Part shown: positions 57,488 through 64,000 of the stretch, one piece after another | Layout of the letters: every line of letters starts with the position of its first letter | Numbering within the stretch: position 1 is the stretch's first letter | Assembly (NCBI GenBank): GCA_027923505.1 | Contig: BROI01000007.1 | Location: forward strand, 62,001-126,000 | Direction of reading: 5' to 3' | From: Mayamaea pseudoterrestris | Lineage: Eukaryota | DNA: 64,000 nt | Notes under the pieces: generated by a model | Database searches by the model: none | The model's input: the letters and a program-made list of their open reading frames with translations, nothing else | Told to the model about the DNA's origin: nothing | Program-made: the position numbers and the translations under genes

Positions 57488-59733
57488 TTACGCGCCGATA
57501 CCGACGCCTCTTGACCACAAATCAGCAGTCGCCTCGAGAACCAACTTTTCATCTAAATCCACAAACCTACTCTGTAAAAGATGCTGAATGCAGTTGATAG
57601 CGAACGTCTTAAACTCCCGGATAGCATGCGCACGGCTGAATTCAAGCTGCCACACACGCTGCATGCTGCTGATGGGAGCGCCGGGATTGAGAGCTGAGCG
57701 ATAATGCTGAAACGCTTTCCAAAGCTCGTTGCAGGTGGACATCACCTGGAGGATGCGACTAGACAAGTCGCTATCCTCACTAGGGGAGGTGGCCATGCAG
57801 AAACGAGCGACGGTAGCGTGTGCTGCGAAATCATGGCGATAGTCCTCGGGAATGCGCGTCAGAATATTCTTCACCATTAAGGCAGCCAAAGAAGTTTCCT
57901 TGACGGGAGGCGTTTGAGGTCGCTTGATTTTAGACGGCGGTGTCACCTTGACAACTTGAGATTCGTCGCCATGTCCTGCTGAGCTGTCATTGGACACAGT
58001 TACCGAAGCCAGCGAGAGACGCATCGGCGGGATCGGACCGCCGAGCAGAAGGTCGTCACTGTCATAGTTACATTCATCGTCATAGGTAACTAGTCCCACG
58101 GAAGAGCCGTCGTATGGGGGTGTGACGACGCCGCTGCGTCTACCTGCTCGACTGAAGCTAAGACCGCGCGCTTTACGAGCACGTTCTTCCAATCGATCCG
58201 AAACTTCAGAAACAGTCATTAAATCAAGCGACAATGAATCGACAATTTCCGCGCCATCGGTCGGCTCCGCAGACGCAACTTGATCTTTGAGTGAGCTGTC
58301 CACGTGAACACTTGCAGTACCTGTTCTGCTCAGTTCACTGTCATTGGACATTCGACGTGAACGCTTGTTCAAGATTGACGCGGGAACATCTTCGAGCACA
58401 TGCTTTTTGTACGATGTCAGGCCAATCCCATCTGTCACAGAAGCTTCTTCCACTGATACGTCAGACTCCTCACCGTTCAGCTGACTCTTCGATAAACGAT
58501 TGACTCGCTGCTTGCGGCCGTCTTGTCCAGGGCACGTGCGACGGCGGATCAAATGGAGGTCTTCCGGACGGTCTCTGTGGAACAATTCATGCTTGTAGAT
58601 CCAAACGTTACGCTCTTTGTTCACTTTCTTGTAGGAATAAAAGTTTAACTTCAAGGTGAACAGTGCAGATGTGTAAGCGTGAATGTCGGAGTCGATATTG
58701 CAATGAAAGTAAAGCGATAATTCACAGATGAAAGGCCAATGTCCGGACTCACCTGTCTGATCAAACTTGGAAATCGGTTATGGCGGAAAAAAGTAGGCAG
58801 TGTTTCCTCTTCAAGACGTTTAATATTGGACCCGATTATAAAGGCATCACCCTTGCTAGTCCACTGCAACCAAAAAGAAACGATGCAGAGTCAGTGGACA
58901 AATTTTTGGTGTATGCTTTGATCTGCGGTAGATGATTGGCGGTGTGATTGTGGGGTTGTAAAACGCATCTGCCCATGAAATATGCAGCATGTAAGGCGCA
59001 AGCATTTTCGTGAGCGGTGTTAGGCCGCCTTGGTGTAGCTCAATGGCGGCACGACATGCTTTGAGACTGAACCAACGCGCTGGACAGCAAGATTCAACTG
59101 GCGCTTTTCTTGGCTGGATAGGCGGTCGACGTCATATTTTAAGATTAAAAAACTAATTTCCAGTGGACATTTCTTATTGGCCATGCTGGTCGTTGAAATG
59201 TCGCAAGAAGGTACTTTGGAGCATTGGAGTTGGAGTTCCAGTTTCAAAGAATATGGAGAGGCCAAGCGATCGGATAGCTCCATTCGACCAAAGCACGAAC
59301 TTCCAGCGACACTTCTGATTACACTATAGCGTGTAAAGGTTTTGGCAATGCGGAAGGTTCTGGACGCTATATCAATCAAAATTTCTGTCCTCCACGGATG
59401 CCAGTTACCAAAGAACAAATCATCATTCCAATGTTCTTGACTGCCAAAAAAGCTAAAACACTCCAACGACGACGATTACCATGAATTGACACGCGCATAA
59501 AGCAGCAGATAAAGAAAAGTAAAACTTGCAACGCCTGCCAAAATGTCGCACTTTCTCTATACGATGGACAATGGACAGTGGACTCTGTGTGGCTCACATA
59601 CCTTGACAAGATCGTTGTCCGCTTCGTTTATCATTTGGAAGAGCTTGAGAATGAAGCCAGAGGGAGCATCAATAATGGTCTCGGCCGCAGAAGGCACATC
59701 CATTGCGTTCACATCCATCGGAAGGACATTCAT
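57488..59733 (-). CDS. HSF: Heat-shock transcription factor (HSF DNA-binding domain), 3 exons
   Basis: GFILKLFQMIN / WTSKGDAFII...LPTFFRHNRFPSLIRQ / LNFYSYKKV...HELFHRDRPEDLHLIRRR. Introns at 59601-58864 and about 58752-58650. Confidence 0.92.
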
Positions 59734-60039
59734 GGTTGCTATCGACGACTGCAGGTTCAAAGAAAAAATGATGGATTTGATCCGTTCTTGGAGCCGCTCA
59801 AATCCGCCCAACGACTTTCGCGTGCCGATGCGCCGGCCGGCATGCACACAAATGACTCATCCGGGTTTTCAAATGACTACCTGCACGCGTGATGCGTGAC
59901 TCATCTGACATAAGCCCCATCTCCCTTTTCACACCAGTCAGCTTTTCAGCGAGGACGTGCAACTTCGGAGTCTGAGGCGCTCGCCACTGCACCTCAGATC
60001 TCCTGCTATTTGTATTGGACTACTGGTAGAAATTGAAGC

Positions 60040-62346
60040 ATGCCCACCAGCATGAGTGCCCGAAACTTTATAACATCGGCATTAATTCAGCCAACAGAGC
60101 CGCTGGAGTCGTCAGCCAATGCACTTGCTTGCCCATTACTTGCTACATGTCCACCATCACCCAAGGCGACGATTCTCGAAAGGAATGGATCGGTTAGCAA
60201 GCGCTACAGAAACATGAAAGCTGCCAAGCGTAGTCCAGTGAGGAGAACTATTCCTTCTCCGCCAACAGCAGTGGCAGCAACAGCTACTATACCCACGACG
60301 GCATCGCGAAATGCAATGAAGGCAATCAGCTTGATATCCAAGAGAACAGTGTTGTCAAAACAGCAACACTTAGCTGTTAACATTGGCAAGACAGATGCTC
60401 TCTTCTTTGCATTGAAGCAGGAGGTTGTTGTTGATGTGAGAAAATCGAACAATACACGTGCCGATGGGTCTCCGTACCTCCAGCGTGAGCAACGTGCACC
60501 TTCGAAAACTCTTTTGAGATACAACCGGCCAGAAACTTCTTCCAAAAGTGGGAGCCAAAGTCACACCCTTACTCGCAGTCAAGACAAAGATCTTTCTTGC
60601 AATGAAAAGGAGCTTGATGCCATGCAAAAGCCCCTCGATCGGACCGTAGGCGTGGGGGAAAGCACTGCATGGCTTTCGCCCAGAACCATCCAGTCGCGTG
60701 GCGAGAGTGATGACGAGCGCGACAATTCGCAGCAGCCTTCCGTGCTGAATTTGGCTAAAGCTCATACTTCAAAAGGATCCAAATTCACACGCCTTCGCAA
60801 TTTGAAAAACAAAGCGCCAGCAATTGCCACAGAGGTGCAGCCTGCCAATAAAACCTGCAAACTGGATTTTGAGCTTGCAAGTGTAGTCAACAACACAAAC
60901 ATTTTTAAGTTGGAGCAAATTCTTGACGCTGCATCTATCACTTTCTTGGAGAAGAATGTCAGCTCAAACTGTTCCGGAGCATCACCTCGCTCCTTGCTAA
61001 GTCATGCGCCACTCGGGGGTGTGGCTGTCCGAGCTTTGCAGCGGGCAAACGTTCAAAAAGATAGTCGAAAAAAACGATTGCAGGATATTCAAGTCCAACA
61101 GGTGCTTAAGTTAAAACGGGGTCAGTATCAAAATGAAAAGGAAGCCGTACATTTTGGGGACCAACCGTCTTCTGGAAGTGTAACTTTCGATGAAGCGCAA
61201 TCGCTGTTATCGGCGACGCCAACCTACAAGCAATTGACGACTGTTGCTAGTGGAAGTGATATAATTTTGCCGGTGCTACAGGTGGGTCTATTGGCAAAGC
61301 TTTCGTCCACCAGTGACTCGCGCGAACATCCCCAGGGGTTTCGCAACAAACGCACCACTCGAGCCGAACGGTATGCTGCTCTAAAACAGAAGGCAGAGCA
61401 ACGAGTGGACATCCAGCTTTCGAGCACATCGTCAAGCGACGTCGATTATCAGTCTATTTATCCGGTCCATGGATTTGCAAAGAATTTGGCGACTGTACCT
61501 GCACTTTTCGGCAGCCATTCACGCGGGAGCGACTCGATTCAAGACGCGCTATCAAACGATTTGACGTCACTCTCAACAAAATCATCGGAAGGTGGTCCCA
61601 GAGCGTCCAGACTCGCTGCTATCCGTAGTGCCAAGTCTCTCTACCGCGCATCCCTGTCTTATGTTCGACAGCCGATCGAAACGACGCAGGAGATAACCCA
61701 GCTCGAGTTGCATTATACACCTCGAGGCTCAACAACCGTCATACCCACGTTTGACGATTCCTTGGAACAAAGTTACCAGCCCGAAATCGCGCCCACGATA
61801 GTGAGGCGAAATCGGATGCAAATGCAAAGCCCAAACAGTAAGTTGACTGCCGATAAGCTTTATGCTCCGTTTGACTCGGACACGAAACTTGAATTCGATG
61901 ATGCTGCTACCCATCCCGACTCATTGCGACGGTATGTGCGAGAGTCAAAAGGTAAGGCCAGAAAGGCTGAGCACGGAATGTCACATAATATACTTTACGA
62001 TCCAAGTCGTGCGGGTGTAAGGGTCATCAGCGACATTGAGCATTCTAACTTGCTCGATGAGGCAATGGCGGGCGAAAACATAGTATCAGGTGTGCACTCC
62101 CATTCAACCAGCATGTTTGGTATATCGAATATCGGTGCATGTTGCAAGTCAGCCGCGGGACAGGACGGACAAAACAAAAGTTTGAGTTGTGAGCTTCAGC
62201 GGAAATCGTATAGGTCGTCGCGACGAGCTGATCGGTCGTCACGCATATTTGACACCTCGAACAATTCGCAGACATTCATAAATCCATTGCGTTGGTGGCA
62301 ACATCACTATGGAAAGAATGCCCTGGTGCTATTGACGCCAGATTGA
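60040..62346 (+). CDS. Uncharacterised S/R/K-rich low-complexity protein (768 aa), possibly the 5' part of a longer disrupted gene
   Basis: 2.3-kb open ORF; no domain recognised. Confidence 0.6.
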   Translation: MPTSMSARNFITSALIQPTEPLESSANALACPLLATCPPSPKATILERNGSVSKRYRNMKAAKRSPVRRTIPSPPTAVAATATIPTTASRNAMKAISLISKRTVLSKQQHLAVNIGKTDALFFALKQEVVVDVRKSNNTRADGSPYLQREQRAPSKTLLRYNRPETSSKSGSQSHTLTRSQDKDLSCNEKELDAMQKPLDRTVGVGESTAWLSPRTIQSRGESDDERDNSQQPSVLNLAKAHTSKGSKFTRLRNLKNKAPAIATEVQPANKTCKLDFELASVVNNTNIFKLEQILDAASITFLEKNVSSNCSGASPRSLLSHAPLGGVAVRALQRANVQKDSRKKRLQDIQVQQVLKLKRGQYQNEKEAVHFGDQPSSGSVTFDEAQSLLSATPTYKQLTTVASGSDIILPVLQVGLLAKLSSTSDSREHPQGFRNKRTTRAERYAALKQKAEQRVDIQLSSTSSSDVDYQSIYPVHGFAKNLATVPALFGSHSRGSDSIQDALSNDLTSLSTKSSEGGPRASRLAAIRSAKSLYRASLSYVRQPIETTQEITQLELHYTPRGSTTVIPTFDDSLEQSYQPEIAPTIVRRNRMQMQSPNSKLTADKLYAPFDSDTKLEFDDAATHPDSLRRYVRESKGKARKAEHGMSHNILYDPSRAGVRVISDIEHSNLLDEAMAGENIVSGVHSHSTSMFGISNIGACCKSAAGQDGQNKSLSCELQRKSYRSSRRADRSSRIFDTSNNSQTFINPLRWWQHHYGKNALVLLTPD

Positions 62347-63277
62347 ATGGAGCGCTTGAGACTATTCCTGCTCACTTGTCGGGTTGCAGTCCCGTTGAGC
62401 AAAACCGGTTTGCACTTGGGGAAGCTACCGGTTGATGTTGATGACATTTTACCAGAAGTTGTAATTGATATGCTTGAAAGTTGCAGCCAGACCTTGGTGC
62501 CGTGAGGACGTCAGAAAACCTGATGCTGTTCCGATCACGTCACTAACAGCATTAACGGGAGCCGCTGTTGCTAGCTCGATTTTGCAGGAGGAGGAATTTG
62601 CGACGAAGGATTTATACGACAACGAAATATCCTCGCCAACCAAACCAGAGATTCTCCTCACGAAATCTGAACATTCGAGCATTGAGAATGATTACGCCGC
62701 TGACTTGGTGAACAATTTGTTCGGAAGACCAGAGCCAGGTGACTCTTCGCACATGGAGAACAAACCAACGGAGGAGATGCTAATGAATTCTCTGGGCTTT
62801 GCCATGGATACCGTGCAAGATGCTTGTCAAGCTGACCTCTCTCGTGAGTACACAAAAGTTTAAATGGCGATGGTACTAAATATCTAACCCGTTTGACCTC
62901 ATCGATTTGAAGGCAATCGACACAGACACGCTGCTTTGTAAGCTAATGTCTGACAACAATGACAAAATTCTTCGCTGCGTATCTGACAAACTAGAAATGA
63001 GGCAGGCAATGATGGATTGACAGCAGTATGTTCAGTTACTACCTGCGCAATGAAAAAGAATGCCGGAGAAAAGACGGGGGTCTTCAGATGGAGGAAGAGG
63101 CAACTATATACTGCCGCAGGCTTGTGACTATTTCGCCTTCTTTTAGCAAAGTTTCCAGGAAAGCTTGCGCGAGAACGATGCTAGAAAGGTAGCTGAAACT
63201 GAACTATTGCCACATGCGAGTAAAGCCGTGTTGATGCACGAACAAGCGTCCAAGATGTTGCACACGACAAGAAAATT

Positions 63278-63673
63278 ATGATATCGCATGCAACGAGTGA
63301 GACTGCTTCCAGCGCGGTTTCTGACGACGGGCGTTTGTCACCAGTACTATTCTTAGCTAAGCTGAGAAACATGGGCGTTGTAGTGTTGAAGCTTGGAAGC
63401 CGCAACAAATGGCAAAGTCGTGTCTTGGTAGCTTCGCGCGAGAACGATGAGAGTGTGAGCAATAACATCACCATTCCAAAGGCGCTTCTCTGGTTGAAAG
63501 CTTTTGATGATAAACTACGCACTGCCTCAAATATTAAGGAACTACCAGTAGGTCATGGCGGGATGATCGTGTCCGAGCTTGTAACGGCTGAAATGGGTTT
63601 CGGCGAGACCTCGCTTCCTCCAATCCCGAGACGATTCTTGGCTAATATTCCGCTTGCTTCAGAGTGCTGGTGA
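63278..63673 (+). CDS. Fragment with a PH-like pattern; gene boundaries unclear
   Basis: GVVVLKLGSRNKWQSRVL...ALLWLK resembles the beta1-beta3 strands of a PH domain. Confidence 0.4.
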   Translation: MISHATSETASSAVSDDGRLSPVLFLAKLRNMGVVVLKLGSRNKWQSRVLVASRENDESVSNNITIPKALLWLKAFDDKLRTASNIKELPVGHGGMIVSELVTAEMGFGETSLPPIPRRFLANIPLASECW

Positions 63674-64000
63674 CTTGCAAACAGATATAGGGGGAGAGAA
63701 TAGTTGCCTTGACATTCAACGATCGGGCAGACGCCGACATGTTTACCGCTGCTGTGCACGTCCTGGCAGAAAAAGTTACAAATACTGACGCTGAGATCGA
63801 AATCTGATACTCGTAAATGTGTTGAAAAAGGCAGTAGAGAAGAAATTGATATAGATACTATGTATATACGTACGGTATTATATGCAAATGTCTACCGTTT
63901 AGGTAGAATATTTTTGGTTGCACCGATAGGTAATGTCTTTTCATTGCCGCATTATATATTTTGTCGAAACTGCGCCTCGCACGCAACCCATTTTTTAAAC

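Noticed and set aside
59410..59440. ATGATGA C-box-like motif (- strand) in the HSF intron, suggesting a snoRNA
   Set aside because: No D box (CTGA) at a suitable distance and no terminal stem were seen.

Overview
Compact, intron-containing eukaryotic DNA, most consistent with a diatom. This is inferred from short GT-AG introns, many bipartite signal peptides ending in an xxA-F motif, and CoDi-type Copia sequence. The left 3.4 kb is a composite of two 5'-truncated retrotransposons joined back to back: a tyrosine-recombinase (Ngaro/PAT-type) element on the - strand with RNase H, YR and B1-A2-B2 split direct repeats, and a Copia 3' end on the + strand with RNase H, a 3x125-bp triplication, a PPT and a 376-bp TGTTGA...TCAACA LTR. 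Orphan islands lie at about 3.5-10.4 kb, 19.8-22 kb and 28.5-33.5 kb. They include a coiled-coil/Cys-His gene and its decayed paralog, a 1358-aa orphan, a hendecad-repeat orphan and pseudogene debris. The rest is housekeeping: cathepsin Z, carnosine N-methyltransferase-like, phosphoglucomutase, GNAT, 2OG oxygenase, Yos1, CLC, a PurD-PurN-PurM fusion, GT25-like, a LON-N domain protein, CLPTM1, sulfotransferase, RPB5, Rab GGTase beta, NhaD, FabF, a fatty-acid hydroxylase family gene and an HSF. The most interesting observations are the purine fusion (GARS-GART-AIRS order plus a possible degenerate PurH/IMPCH-like N-terminal domain), the retroelement chimera, and the orphan coiled-coil/zinc-finger family. 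All product calls come from motif recognition by eye; no searches were run.
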